This document shows positions 1 through 11,013 of a stretch of DNA of 64,000 nucleotides, piece by piece (the first letter of the stretch is position 1; the number at the start of each line of letters is the position of its first letter). The DNA is taken from contig OZ243974.1 in NCBI GenBank assembly GCA_965214775.1, positions 1,376,001 to 1,440,000 of the forward strand, given 5' to 3'. The notes beneath the pieces were generated by a model. That model was not told where the DNA came from and did no database searches. It was given only the letters and a program-made list of their open reading frames with translations. The translations under genes and the position numbers were made by a program. The stretch is from Nitrosopumilus sp. (lineage in GTDB: Archaea; Thermoproteota; Nitrososphaeria; Nitrososphaerales; Nitrosopumilaceae).

Positions 1-53
1 ACATTGTTCGACATATTTTTCAGCATTATAAACAGGAATTACTACGGAGATCT

Positions 54-536
54 TCATAAACCGTCGAATCTTTTGGGTATGTCTAGGCTCTTTCCTTCCG
101 ACAAAAGAGCTAATTTGGACTCCAGATCTTCAAGACTGTCCAATTCTTCCTTGTCCAATTCTTCATCAGACAAGGACTTTCTGCCTAATTTTAGTAATTC
201 CAAATACAGTGGAGCTAAGCATTCAGTATGTATCCCCGGCTTTAATTTGTAATTGTAGGGATGAGATTCATGAGAGATACCAGCCTCGGATTTGTAGGCA
301 CTAGAACGCTTCATGTGAACAAATCCAAGAATGACAAGTAATGGAATTCCAACCATCGAACTAGTTATGACATAGGCAGAAAAGCTCGGAAAGAGATCCA
401 CAAAAGAGTCTGTATTTGCAATAAACAGATAGTATGTAATTGTAAACATGTTTGCTAGCGCTACGGCAAATCCGAAATATTGACTATACCCGGCACGAAA
501 ATAAAACCATGCACGGAAAGGCAATTCATTGTTCAT
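54..536 (-). CDS. Hypothetical membrane protein, tandem paralog of 533-1018
   Basis: Two hydrophobic helices; shares FYFRxGY...FP(S/T)F..Y...GIP...HxKR...PYNYKL motifs with its neighbour. Confidence 0.8.
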   Translation of the reverse strand: MNNELPFRAWFYFRAGYSQYFGFAVALANMFTITYYLFIANTDSFVDLFPSFSAYVITSSMVGIPLLVILGFVHMKRSSAYKSEAGISHESHPYNYKLKPGIHTECLAPLYLELLKLGRKSLSDEELDKEELDSLEDLESKLALLSEGKSLDIPKRFDGL

Positions 537-1018
537 GAGAACGCACCTTTGGGAGGGTTTCCTGCATGCCCGCCATTAATCAAATCCTCTAACTGTTTTT
601 CAATACTTTTGATCTTGTTAGTCTCATCATCTGAGAGCTTTTCTCCTAGGATCTTTTTCCGATTCAATCTGAGAATCTCGACATAGGCAGGGCCAAATAC
701 TTCTTTGTTATACCCTGGAAGTAACTTGTAGTTGTACGGAAATGCCTGCTCGTGAATTGCAGCTTCTGTAGAAAAAGTACCAATCCGCTTAAAATGAAGC
801 CAGCCAACCACAGTAACAATGGGAATGCCAACGGCAATTACAAAGATGATGTAAGATTGGAATGTGGGGAAGATTTCTAAAACAAACGGTACTTTTTGGA
901 TTGCTAGGAAATAACTGGTTGTCAATATGTTTATCACGCCTATGATCATGGCTAGATAGGTCGCATACCCAATGCGAAAATAAAAAAATCCTTTAAACGT
1001 ACTGCGTTTCTTGGTCAT
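533..1018 (-). CDS. Hypothetical membrane protein, tandem paralog of 54-536
   Basis: Same motif set as 54-536; 4-bp ATGA overlap indicates translational coupling. Confidence 0.8.
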   Translation of the reverse strand: MTKKRSTFKGFFYFRIGYATYLAMIIGVINILTTSYFLAIQKVPFVLEIFPTFQSYIIFVIAVGIPIVTVVGWLHFKRIGTFSTEAAIHEQAFPYNYKLLPGYNKEVFGPAYVEILRLNRKKILGEKLSDDETNKIKSIEKQLEDLINGGHAGNPPKGAFS

Positions 1019-1700
1019 ACTTTATCATTAATAGTTACAGTTTTTAGGTGTTGGCTGGGTAAAAATTCTTACTGTTGCATGAAAGATGTACAGTCGCTCT
1101 GGTGAAAACATAATTGGACTGTGCAATCGATCCGTATCTAGGATCATTACGAACAAGCTCATCTAAATCAGGCAAATTACGCATAGCCTGCTGCCATTAA
1201 AGACGGGAAAAAATAACGGGGGAGGGAGAGAGAGAGGCCGTCCAAATTTGTTCCTAGGTCGGTGGTCCATCCTGCCACAAATGTTGAAGAGACTGCAAAA
1301 ATCATTTCAAGCGGAATTCATACCATTTTTCCAATCCGGCTGACCCAGATGGATATGAACTGCATGTCGTGAACAGCCCTTCCAAAAGTTCCCCGTAAAA
1401 CGGCTCCCCATCTGACACGGCTCAAATTGTGGTGATGATTGAATGTCTTTGATCATCAAAAAGCTGATTCATACGTGATCCATGCACATACGCGCCCGAC
1501 TTTGTCGCCACGTGTACTTTTTGCAGATCCGCATGCCGCCGTCTGCACTGCCGTGAGGCGGACACTTGGAAAGACTGGTGCAATCGCTGTTACTGCTAAA
1601 CCAGTTCATCATCAAAAACGCAAAAAGAATTCCAAAACCCTGTTCGAGCAGCCTGGATTGGAATATGATCTCTCAAAAAATCAAAACAAACTGTCCGTGG

Positions 1701-3023
1701 CTATTTTCCCAACCCAATCGCTTTAAAGTCAATGCCTGAAAATTTTCCCGGATCAAAAATTCTTCGCGCATCTATGACCCTGGGTTTTTTCATGATCTTC
1801 CTTAGTTTGTCCTCGCTTAATCTTCTGTACGTGTCCCATTCCGTCAAAATTAGACAGCAGTCTGAATTCTTTAAACATGACGCAACAGATTTTGAATATT
1901 CGATCTTTCCACGAAAAATTTTTTCAAAATTTGCCATTGCCATGGGATCGTGAACTTTGATTTTTACTCCCCGTCTTAACAACAACTTGGCAATTTTTAC
2001 TGAAATGGCCTCTCTGATGTCATCTGTGTTTTTTTTAAACGCAAGCCCCAAGATTGAGACGGTTCTTCCCTTTTTGTAAACCCCCATCTCTTTCATTAAT
2101 TGAACAATCTTTTTTGGCCGGAGATCATTTACGTTTTTTACTGCTTCAAAAAACCTGTCTGATTCAGACTGCTTTTTTGAATAGTGAATCAATCCCTTCA
2201 AATCTTTGGGCAAACAACTACCGCCAAATCCCGGACCTGCTTTTAAAAATAACGGTCCTGCGCGTGGATCTTTACCAATCGCATACGCTATGGCATTCAC
2301 ATCCGAATTTGGAATATTTTGGCACATATTTGCAATTGAGTTGATAAAGCTGATTTTTGTTGCAAGAAATGCATTATTTGCATATTTGATTAGTTCGGCA
2401 CTTGAATAATCCGTATGAATGGTCTCGGGCATTTTTGAATAAAATTTTCTGTAATATTTTTCAAGCATCATGCCTTGGGATCTCTTATCTTCTCCTATTA
2501 TGATTAGATGGGGCTTTAACAAATCTTTTATGGCAAATCCTTCCTTCAAAAATTCTGGATTTACCACTAGAACTAGCTTGTTTTTCTCAATTAGTGTTTT
2601 GACTATCGGCCAAATGACTTTTTTTGTGGTTAATGGCGCCAGTGTACTTTTAACAACTAACATGTGTCTTTTTTTTTTGTCTTTTAAGGCTGAATTTATC
2701 TGAGAAACTGCCTTTTTTATAAACGAGAGATCTACTTCTCCAGACATTTTTGACGGGGTTCCGACTGTAAGAAATGTGATATCTGTCTCTCTTATTGATG
2801 AGATATCTGTTGTAAATTTTATTTTTTCATTTTTTATGGATTTTTTTAGAATATCTTTTAATTCTGGCTCATAAAAGTCTGGAATCCCTTTTTTCAACCT
2901 ATCTATCTTTTCATCGTTACTGTCTATTCCCACCGTGTAAAATCCTTTTTTAGAGTTAGCCGCCGCCAAGGATAGGCCGACAAACCCTAAACCTACTACG
3001 GAGATTTTATCCATACCTGCCAT
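1701..3023 (-). CDS. ugd: UDP-glucose/GDP-mannose dehydrogenase family
   Basis: GLGFVG Rossmann motif, NPEFLKEG, GFGGSCLPKD, GLAFKxNTDDxRE. Confidence 0.92.
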   Translation of the reverse strand: MAGMDKISVVGLGFVGLSLAAANSKKGFYTVGIDSNDEKIDRLKKGIPDFYEPELKDILKKSIKNEKIKFTTDISSIRETDITFLTVGTPSKMSGEVDLSFIKKAVSQINSALKDKKKRHMLVVKSTLAPLTTKKVIWPIVKTLIEKNKLVLVVNPEFLKEGFAIKDLLKPHLIIIGEDKRSQGMMLEKYYRKFYSKMPETIHTDYSSAELIKYANNAFLATKISFINSIANMCQNIPNSDVNAIAYAIGKDPRAGPLFLKAGPGFGGSCLPKDLKGLIHYSKKQSESDRFFEAVKNVNDLRPKKIVQLMKEMGVYKKGRTVSILGLAFKKNTDDIREAISVKIAKLLLRRGVKIKVHDPMAMANFEKIFRGKIEYSKSVASCLKNSDCCLILTEWDTYRRLSEDKLRKIMKKPRVIDARRIFDPGKFSGIDFKAIGLGK

Positions 3024-3213
3024 ATTGTATTTTGAACCATAACCTTGTACAATAAATAAATATCACCTGCGAAAAATTTACCCGTTTTTTGATCTTGTTG
3101 ATTTTTCAGGCATTTGCACAATTTTTACGATATCTGTTGCTTTCTGACCATCCATTACTGGGACTGTTTTTTCATAACGCATCTAAAAAATCGTGTACCG
3201 GGTCGGGTTCTGT

Positions 3214-3298
3214 AGTGCGCACAGTTGAAATCTGGACGTTTTTTATCAAAATAGGCACGATATGTCAAAATTACGGTCCGTTTTTTTGATGTGCGTAC
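3214..3298. mobile_element. MITE-like repeat (~85 bp, GTGCGCACA...TGTGCGTAC); copies ~6262-6352 and ~7753-7836
   Basis: Three dispersed copies with core cacagttgaaatctg...tttttatc...gcacg; short terminal inverted repeat. Confidence 0.65.
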
Positions 3299-3618
3299 TG
3301 GAAGTTCAGGCACGGGTTTTGCCACTCTGGAGGACTCACAAGCAGATTCGTTCCTGAAATCAGGAGCAGCTTCTAGGATCCGAACTGCTATGCCTGATGT
3401 GTACCGTCTGCGCCCAAATCCGGCAGGATTGCAGACAGATCAGCGAGGATCCGACTCTGTCTTCTGCTGGATCCAAACCCGCCTAACATTGGGTTTGTCG
3501 CACATTTTACTTGGCTGCTGAAAAGAAATGGAATGTGTGGGAGCAATCCTCTTCCGTCTTGGACAAAGCTTACATCCTCTCAATTGCCCAGATGATGGGC
3601 CCGCCTTGGTGATCTGGC

Positions 3619-4692
3619 TCAGAACCTGTCTTTCAGGATGCTGATGATTTTTTCAGATGCGCCACCGCGCCCGTATGGGGGGGTTCTCCGTGTCCTAAGA
3701 GACGGCAGATTCGCGACATTCGTTATGGATTTTTGTATTTGTGGAGGCGATGTTCCCGCCATCAACGCATAACCGGATGCGATCGACTCTGGACGATCGG
3801 TGGTTTTTCGGATCACGACTGCCTTTTTTCTGATCGACGGTGCGGTTACTTCCTCCTGAATCCCGCCCGAGTCGGTAACAACAAACGAGGATCTCTTCAT
3901 AAGTTCCAGCATGTCAAAGTATCCGGCAGGATCCAGCAAAGTGAAGTTTTTTGCTCTCTCCATCTTTTCTAGGAGGCCAAGCTGAACCAGCCGCTTTTTT
4001 GTTCGGGGGTGAACGGGAAAGACAAAACACTGCTTGCAGCCAAGCAGTGCGCCGATTATCGATGAGAGGGAGACGTCGTCATCTACGTTTTCTGATCGGT
4101 GCAGAGTCAGCAAGGCATAGTTGTCGATGCCAATGTCAAGAGTGGACTTTGCCCGGGAGATCCTTGCATACCTTTCAACAGAGTCGATTACCGTGTTTCC
4201 TGTCACGTGGATCCTTCCGTGGACGCATTCAGCAAGTAGGTTGTTTCGGGAGGTTTTTGTCGGTGCAAATAAAAGATCCGAGACGTGATCGACGCAGATC
4301 CTGTTGTGCTCTTCTGGCATTCTCCAATCGAAGCTCCTCAGCCCGGATTCGACATGGCTGACCGGAACCTTGGATTTTAGCGATGTGACGGCGGAGGCCA
4401 TAACCGTGTTTGTATCCCCCTGCACTATAACGGTGTCAGGCTTTGTCTCGTCAAGTATTTTAGAAAGCCGGATCATGATTTCACCCATCTGAACAGCCGG
4501 GACGGACTTTGAAATCAGCAGGGAATAGTCGGGTCTGCGCAGTTTGAGCTGCTCAATCAAATCCATGCCCATCAAGTGATCATAGTGCTGTCCGGAGAAT
4601 ATCAGTGTGGAGTCTTTCTTGCGCAACTGGTTTATGACCGGAGCGAGCTTGATTATCTCCGGCCTGGTTCCCATTACAACGGCAGTCTTCAT
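3619..4692 (-). CDS. wecB: UDP-N-acetylglucosamine 2-epimerase (non-hydrolysing)
   Basis: MKTAVVMGTRPEIIK start (ATG 4692), QGDTNT, HVESGLRS, PEEHNR, TDSGGIQEE; the longer ORF start runs into a MITE. Confidence 0.92.
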   Translation of the reverse strand: MKTAVVMGTRPEIIKLAPVINQLRKKDSTLIFSGQHYDHLMGMDLIEQLKLRRPDYSLLISKSVPAVQMGEIMIRLSKILDETKPDTVIVQGDTNTVMASAVTSLKSKVPVSHVESGLRSFDWRMPEEHNRICVDHVSDLLFAPTKTSRNNLLAECVHGRIHVTGNTVIDSVERYARISRAKSTLDIGIDNYALLTLHRSENVDDDVSLSSIIGALLGCKQCFVFPVHPRTKKRLVQLGLLEKMERAKNFTLLDPAGYFDMLELMKRSSFVVTDSGGIQEEVTAPSIRKKAVVIRKTTDRPESIASGYALMAGTSPPQIQKSITNVANLPSLRTRRTPPYGRGGASEKIISILKDRF

Positions 4693-4993
4693 GGAATTCA
4701 AGTACACAAACCCAGAACTTGTTATTAATTTATGCCAGTTCAGGCCGTTGTCCAGAACTGTGATTTTCAGGCGTGATTCTGAGATGATCCGTAACACGCC
4801 ATGCAGGTTGATCCAAAAAAGTGGAACTAGGCGACAATCCCGGTTGAATGACCGGCCATTTCTGGTGACAAAACCCGTGCCTGAACTTCCCAGAGCCCAA
4901 CCTGTTGCCAAACCATGCAGTCCTGATTTCTCTTTTTTTTGTAGTATGATATTGTGGGATCATTTGGAAAAGCATACGTGGTGTGATTTTAAC

Positions 4994-5842
4994 TCAGACA
5001 TATTTTAACAGTTTTTTGTAATCATGCAAAACTTTCACATATGATTCTGGAGTACCGACATCTAGTCTTTTTTCATCTTTTTGAATTTTTACGCCGATTG
5101 CCGGATGTTTTTCTAGACTCATGGTTATGGCTCTTGCAAGTTGAAGTTCTGGGTTTCCGCCTTTGGACTTTTTTAAATAATTAAAAATCGACGGTTTAAA
5201 CATATAGATTGCAATTACTGCAGAGTTGGATTTTGGTTTTTTTGGCTTTTCTGCAATACTGTCGATTTTTATCACATTCTTTTCTAATAACTTCCCCTCG
5301 ACGACCCCGTATTTCCTTGGATCTTCTATATCCTCAATCAGACATGCAATTTCAGCGTCGTATTTCAAAAAATTTCTCTTCAGGCTATGCAAGTGTGAAT
5401 TATTTCTTGATAATATTATATCGTCTCCTGCATGCAGCAAAAATGGCTCATCCCCTACAAAATTTCTACTGCGAAAAATTGCATCCCCGAACCCTATGGG
5501 TTTTGGCTGGTAGACAAAACTTATGTTGGATTTTTCGAGATTTCTAAAAAATTTGTTTAATTCTCCGGCGATCTCATTTTTCCTTGTTTTTCTGAGATCA
5601 CTTACTAGATCAAAGTTGGGCGTAAAATGATCCTGTACTGCCCTCTTTGAACTTCCTACTATGAAGCAATAGTCGGTAATTCCAAAATTGCACAGTCTTT
5701 CATAAACCATCTGTAAAAACGGTTTTAAAACTATCTTTTTGCTTGACGAAAAATCATAGATTGGCAGCATCTCTTTGGGGAGTTCTTTGGTAACTGGCAG
5801 CAGTCTGGTTCCGAGTCCGGCCACAGTAAAAACACACTTCAT
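4994..5842 (-). CDS. galU: UTP-glucose-1-phosphate uridylyltransferase-like sugar nucleotidyltransferase
   Basis: AGLGTRLLPxTKxxPKEMLP signature, EKP motif, DVGTP. Confidence 0.85.
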   Translation of the reverse strand: MKCVFTVAGLGTRLLPVTKELPKEMLPIYDFSSSKKIVLKPFLQMVYERLCNFGITDYCFIVGSSKRAVQDHFTPNFDLVSDLRKTRKNEIAGELNKFFRNLEKSNISFVYQPKPIGFGDAIFRSRNFVGDEPFLLHAGDDIILSRNNSHLHSLKRNFLKYDAEIACLIEDIEDPRKYGVVEGKLLEKNVIKIDSIAEKPKKPKSNSAVIAIYMFKPSIFNYLKKSKGGNPELQLARAITMSLEKHPAIGVKIQKDEKRLDVGTPESYVKVLHDYKKLLKYV

Positions 5843-5889
5843 CTGTATCTAACTGAGTTGGGATCTCGGTTTTAAACAGTTTCATTCCC

Positions 5890-6029
5890 TAGTTTGTTGC
5901 ATAACTTCCTTTTTCGTCAAAAAACTCCTGATTTCGATCACAAATAGAGCCGAAATCAACTGTGATTTTTATCTGGATTTATCATTTAGGACGAATTCAA
6001 GTAAAAAAATCGAGTTATGCAACAAACTA
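5890..6029. mobile_element. MITE (~140 bp), TIR TAGTTTGTTGCATAACT; second copy ~23152-23290
   Basis: Terminal inverted repeats; near-identical internal sequence at 23152-23290. Confidence 0.75.
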
Positions 6030-6732
6030 CATTCCCAACCCCTTTTCATTTTTCGAAGATGATCAATCCCAGTCAAGCCTTTGGCCTATCAAGTCAGGCG
6101 GCATTTCATTATGCAGGCTGAAGAATGATCTTCGAGAGCTGGTTTGAAATTGGCAAATTCGGATCATCTGGCAGGCCGGGCTCTGGAAGCGGTTTACGAT
6201 TTTGGGCACAAATTCTGTTTGATCGGCATTCATTGGTGGCAAAATTTACGCCTGAACTTCCTGTACACACAGTTGAAATCTGGACATTTTTTATCAAAAT
6301 AGACACGATATGATGGTCTCAAAATTACGGTCCATTCTTTTGATGTGTGCGATACAAGCTACTTGATAAATGTACAGAAAAATCCGGGCATTTGCTGTTT
6401 CTGATTTCGGATCATCCATGTTTCTCAAGCCCTGCTGCATCAATACCTGCAAATGCTCTGTCTTGACATGCGTGCTGGACAAACCTGCCAATTGCGGCGC
6501 GCAGCCACATGCCGCCTGGCCCCTGCCGTCTTTTGTAGCATGATAAAATACGCAATGCCTCTGGGTTTTGGCAGGACTGCAATCTCGGTTGCAACTTCAA
6601 GCCGTTCAACCCTGATGATCTGGCGTGATCTCCAACACGGCCAAGCCCTGATGATTCCTGGCCGGCCGATACCACTGGCTGTTTTCATACGTTAATCGCT
6701 TAGAATAATTACCAGACAAGTCAAATTTCGAC

Positions 6733-7656
6733 ATGCAAATTCTGATTACAGGCGGCTGTGGATTTGTTGGATCTCATCTGTCCAAATACCTGCTTGAGAA
6801 AGGACACAAGGTTGTTGCTTATGACAATTTTTCAAACTCTAAAAAAAATGAAAATTCCTTGCAACCACGTGTCATTAAGGGAGACATACTTGATTTGTCA
6901 CATATCTCAAAGTGCTTGGAAAAAATTGACTTGGTAATACATTTGGCCGCACAAATCAGCGTAATTGACTCGAACTCACATCCAGAAAAAACCCTGAAAA
7001 TCAACGTTCAGGGCACAGAAAACGTCTTAAACGCATGTGTTAAACAACAGGTAAAAAACTTCATTGGTATCTCTAGTGCGGCTGTGTTTGGAAATCAGAA
7101 TAACATTCTTTCAGAAAACTCCCCGACCCTTCCGATCTCCGTCTATGGCAAAAGCAAGCTTTTGATGGAAAAAATGATCGTTGATTTTTCAAAAAATCAC
7201 AATATCAACTCTGTAATTCTGAGATTTTTTAACCTATATGGTAAAAACCAATCGCCGCAATATGCCGGAGTGATAGCAAAATTTTTAGACAAAATTAAAA
7301 ATTGCCAGCCCGTTGTAATATGTGGGGACGGAAGCCAGACAAGGGACTTTGTTCACGTTGATGATGCAATAAGCTGTATTGACCTTGCAATACAAAAAAT
7401 GGACGGCAAGTCCGGAGAAATTTACAATGTTGGAAGCGGCCAAAGTACCAAAATTCTAGATCTGGCAAAACTACTCATCTGCCTTTCTAAAAAAAACATT
7501 CCGATAAGCTTTCTTGACCCAATAGAAAATGATATTATTCACAGCCGGACTTCGATAGAACTGGCATCCGATGATCTGGGATATGTCCCAAAGAGAACCC
7601 TGCAGGATGGACTGTCCGAACTTTTAGAACCTTCTGCTAAAAACTCACATATCTGA
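6733..7656 (+). CDS. NAD-dependent epimerase/dehydratase (UDP-glucose 4-epimerase-like)
   Basis: TGGCGFVGS, YGKSK catalytic YxxxK, RDFVHVDD. Confidence 0.9.
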   Translation: MQILITGGCGFVGSHLSKYLLEKGHKVVAYDNFSNSKKNENSLQPRVIKGDILDLSHISKCLEKIDLVIHLAAQISVIDSNSHPEKTLKINVQGTENVLNACVKQQVKNFIGISSAAVFGNQNNILSENSPTLPISVYGKSKLLMEKMIVDFSKNHNINSVILRFFNLYGKNQSPQYAGVIAKFLDKIKNCQPVVICGDGSQTRDFVHVDDAISCIDLAIQKMDGKSGEIYNVGSGQSTKILDLAKLLICLSKKNIPISFLDPIENDIIHSRTSIELASDDLGYVPKRTLQDGLSELLEPSAKNSHI

Positions 7657-7707
7657 CCTGATGACAGAACTGACAGATTTGACATGCAACGGATCAATTT
7701 TTCTATC

Positions 7708-8379
7708 AGACTTTATGGATTGAAGCGTTGATCAGTCTGCAAAAGTGCCATAATGCGCACAGTTGAAATCTGAAAGTTTTTTTATCGAAATAGGCACGGC
7801 ATGTCAAAATCATGGTTCATTTTTTTGATGTGCACTGCATAAAGCAGTCAAGTTTGAAGCAATTCTGATTGGGCCGCCTGCCGCAGATCCACATCATGCC
7901 GCCGCCTGCATTGCAATGAACGTGTACTGTGGTGACGATTGAAAGTCTTTGATCATCAAAAAGCGCATTTCTGCGTAATTCACATCCATATATGCTCAAG
8001 AATTTTTGATCGTCGCTATACATCTGCAGAATGGGAGTCCATGCCTAGGCAGCAATCAGGAACGAACATGCATGCACTTGTGATTTCCATGCCTGTCCGG
8101 CAAGGGACGTGGATCCGACTCTAGGCAGCGGTCATCTATTACAAAAGATACTGCTGCCATCTGCTTGACATATGACGTACGGCGGTACGGGCCGCGCCCT
8201 CTTTCTGACTCGTCGGCGGGGCACATTGCCGTGCTGCATGGCCGCACACGTCTTTTTGACATGAACCGGTTTTTGCGTGCATTATGACAGGATCCACAGC
8301 GGTATCTTGATCTGATCAATGCGTTTACGTCTGGAAAATCCTGCGGAATTTTTGATCACGGCCGATTACACATAAAGTC
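7708..8379. mobile_element. Decayed non-autonomous derivative of the ISL2-like element at 34142-35697, with other MITEs nested inside
   Basis: 8150-8379 is a diverged reverse complement of 34142-34370, ending GATTACACATAAAGTCT; AGACTTTATG at 7708. Confidence 0.6.
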
Positions 8380-8453
8380 TAATGGAGAGATAGTTGATCA
8401 TAACTCTGCTAGACGGTTATATGCCGTACCATGTCTGTCAAATAACAACCTTA

Positions 8454-8654
8454 TCATTTTCCGTTTTTCGTCCCAGTAAGTTTGGATGGATCTATCCTGC
8501 CCATCGTGTCTTCCATTTTATTGGGTTGGTCCATGATTGCATTATGAAGACGCACGTATTCCTCCTTAAAAGAAAGGCCCACTTTACAAGTGTCTATCTC
8601 ACTCCCATGTTCTCTGACGGATGAATCCTGCTCTAATTGTACATCTGATGCCAT
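8454..8654 (-). CDS. Small hypothetical protein
   Basis: 66-aa ATG ORF between MITEs; no recognisable motif. Confidence 0.35.
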   Translation of the reverse strand: MASDVQLEQDSSVREHGSEIDTCKVGLSFKEEYVRLHNAIMDQPNKMEDTMGRIDPSKLTGTKNGK

Positions 8655-8704
8655 ACTAGTATGATAAACAGAATTCTGCTAATAGCGGTTACTGGTGATG
8701 TCAG

Positions 8705-8822
8705 CAGTCTTCCCAAAAATACGTGATTCATGACTGTGCAGATGACGGCGGGCGAATCTGCAGGCATTATGACTTGATTTGTTTCAAATCCGGGGCCGTT
8801 TTACGGGGAACTTTTGGGAAAT
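8705..8822. mobile_element. MITE, TIR CAGTCTTCCCA (family of 52436-52557)
   Basis: cagtcttcccaaaa...ccgttttacggggaacttttgggaa; related copies at ~1290-1410, ~23288-23407 and 52436-52557. Confidence 0.65.
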
Positions 8823-8871
8823 GCCACCTTCAAGGATTCTTTTTAATATCCCTTTGACAACCCGTTTTTTG

Positions 8872-9915
8872 TTGACGGATTCCTCGCTCCGAACAGTCGA
8901 ATGGAGAAACAACAAGGTGGTAATGATTGATCAAACTAGACTGCCAAACGAACTTGTTTTTGTAGAATTTACTGACTATCTTCAAGTTGCAGACGCAATC
9001 AAAACCCTGGTTGTAAGAGGGGCCCCCGCAATTGGCGTTTCTGGGGCGTTTGGCATGGGCCTTGCAGCCTTACAGAGCCAGGCAGCTACAAAAGAAGAGC
9101 TTGTTTCTGACTTGGAAAAAGCAAAAAACATCCTATTTTCAACCAGGCCGACTGCAGTAAACCTTGGTTGGGGTCTAGACAAAGTCATGAATGCCGCAAA
9201 AACCGGAAGCAGCGTTGATGAAATAAGGAGTCTGGTTGTCTCCACTGCAAGAAACATGGCAGATGAGGACATTGAAATTAACAAGACAATGGGAAAAAAC
9301 GGTTCTGTATTGTTTGATGATAACGACACTGTAATGACTCATTGCAATGCCGGCGCCCTTGCAACTGTTGCGTACGGCACAGCCCTTGGAGTAATCCGGG
9401 CTGCCAAGGAGAGTGGAAAAAATGTAAAAGTGATTGCCACTGAAACCAGGCCTGTTCAGCAGGGTTCTAGACTAACGGCCTTTGAATTACAGCATGACGG
9501 GTTTGATGTCAGCCTGATTCCAGATACCGCAGTAGGGTACTCTATGGCAAATGGACTGGTTGACAAGGTCGTAGTTGGCGCAGACAGAATTGTAAAAACC
9601 GGACACGTATTTAACAAAATTGGAACATACCAAGTTGCAACCATGGCAAGACGACACGGGATTCCATTCTACGTTGCGGCCCCCCTGTCGACAATAGATC
9701 TGCAAAGCAGGGCAGAAGACGTTGTCATTGAAATGAGAAAGGGCACCGAAGTCACTGGAACAGGCGAGAAAAAAACAGCCCCAGACGACATCAGTGTCAT
9801 TAATCCCGCATTTGACATGACTCCTCCCGAACTGATTGCCGGAATTATTACCGAAAAAGGAGTTGTCCGGCCCCCATATAAGGAATCTATAGCAAAATTA
9901 TTTGAAGCTAATTAA
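8872..9915 (+). CDS. mtnA: Methylthioribose-1-phosphate isomerase (eIF2B-like family)
   Basis: VRGAPAIG, RPTAVNL, THCNAG, ETRP, GADR, NKIGTY, NPAFD; likely TTG start at 8872. Confidence 0.9.
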   Translation: MTDSSLRTVEWRNNKVVMIDQTRLPNELVFVEFTDYLQVADAIKTLVVRGAPAIGVSGAFGMGLAALQSQAATKEELVSDLEKAKNILFSTRPTAVNLGWGLDKVMNAAKTGSSVDEIRSLVVSTARNMADEDIEINKTMGKNGSVLFDDNDTVMTHCNAGALATVAYGTALGVIRAAKESGKNVKVIATETRPVQQGSRLTAFELQHDGFDVSLIPDTAVGYSMANGLVDKVVVGADRIVKTGHVFNKIGTYQVATMARRHGIPFYVAAPLSTIDLQSRAEDVVIEMRKGTEVTGTGEKKTAPDDISVINPAFDMTPPELIAGIITEKGVVRPPYKESIAKLFEAN

Positions 9916-9954
9916 TAGAAAGTTTTTATTGTTTTTCAAATTGCTTCAAACAAT

Positions 9955-10593
9955 ATGAGCACAGTCACCTCTCAGGCAGTCGAAGACTCCCTAAAACAGT
10001 GCATGGATCCCGAGGTTCCGCTAAACATCGTTGAGATGGGACTTGTCTATGGAATCGATGTGGCAGATAATAACGACGTTAACATCAAAATGACCATGAC
10101 CACCCAGGGATGCCCCTTGCATGAAACTCTGGTCTCTGATGCCACACGATTTGTCAAGAAAGTTCCCGGGGTAAACAATGTCAACGTTGAAATCGTTTGG
10201 GATCCCCCCTGGTCAATGGACAAAATGTCCGAAGAGGCCAAGACAAAAATCAAGAACATGGGCGCCGGCATGGATATTCCTGCTCCGATCAATTATGAGA
10301 CTGCCTTGCCTCAGGGCGCCGGCAAGCTAGTCCGGCAGGAGGACGGCTCACTGGTCTTGGCAAACGAGCACGAACAAGGATTTATGGTAAACCAGGCAAT
10401 CGTTGATTTCTGGAAGTCATGTAACGGGCAGAGAAAGGTAACAGATCTTGTGGAAATCTTTGCGCAGCAAACCGGACTCCAACGAAAGCAAGTTGAAAAG
10501 GAAGTGATGCAGCTATTGCAGCAGCTTAGAGACGGCGGATTAATTGTCATTGCCAGCAAGCCGGGTGCCCCGAATGTTGAATTTAAAAAATAA
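9955..10593 (+). CDS. DUF59/SufT-type Fe-S assembly protein with C-terminal PqqD-like domain
   Basis: DPE...NIVEMGLVY...TxxGCP...WDPPW motif; C-terminal WKSCNGQRKV PqqD-like segment. Confidence 0.82.
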   Translation: MSTVTSQAVEDSLKQCMDPEVPLNIVEMGLVYGIDVADNNDVNIKMTMTTQGCPLHETLVSDATRFVKKVPGVNNVNVEIVWDPPWSMDKMSEEAKTKIKNMGAGMDIPAPINYETALPQGAGKLVRQEDGSLVLANEHEQGFMVNQAIVDFWKSCNGQRKVTDLVEIFAQQTGLQRKQVEKEVMQLLQQLRDGGLIVIASKPGAPNVEFKK

Positions 10594-10895
10594 AAACAAT
10601 AGACATTATGCGTAATCGACCTGAACGAGATGAATTTGTTTGCAACAATCCTGGCTTTGAACCGATTACGCAGTCTAGTGCCCGTAGATGTAACTGATCC
10701 TCAAATGCTTCAAGAACTTTTGCCAGTCAGCACGGTTCATTGCGCGGGTCGGTATGGCCTTATCGGAACCGCAGGCGGAGGCAGGTCATATCTGCAGTTT
10801 TGATTTTATCTTGGTTATGTCGTTTTCTATCCTCTCAAACCGAGAGTCAAGCATCTCGTGGATGTTGGATGAAAGACTTTGGATCTCCGTTATGG

Positions 10896-10971
10896 TCTGA
10901 TCCTGCTTGTCCAGCATCTGATCCTGCTTGTCCAGCATCTGATCCTGCTTGTCCAGCATCTGATCCTGCTT
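10896..10971. repeat. 21-bp tandem repeat x3.6 encoding LDKQDQM heptads
   Basis: tctgatcctgcttgtccagca x3 plus a partial copy. Confidence 0.95.
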
Positions 10972-11013
10972 CGAATCTATGGATTTCAGATACATGGAGC
11001 CGGTGCTGAATCC

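Noticed and set aside
4693-4911. N-terminal extensions of wecB (likewise mtnA, the aminotransferase, coxA and coxB) in the ORF track
   Set aside because: They run through MITEs, a tRNA or upstream genes; the family motifs start later.
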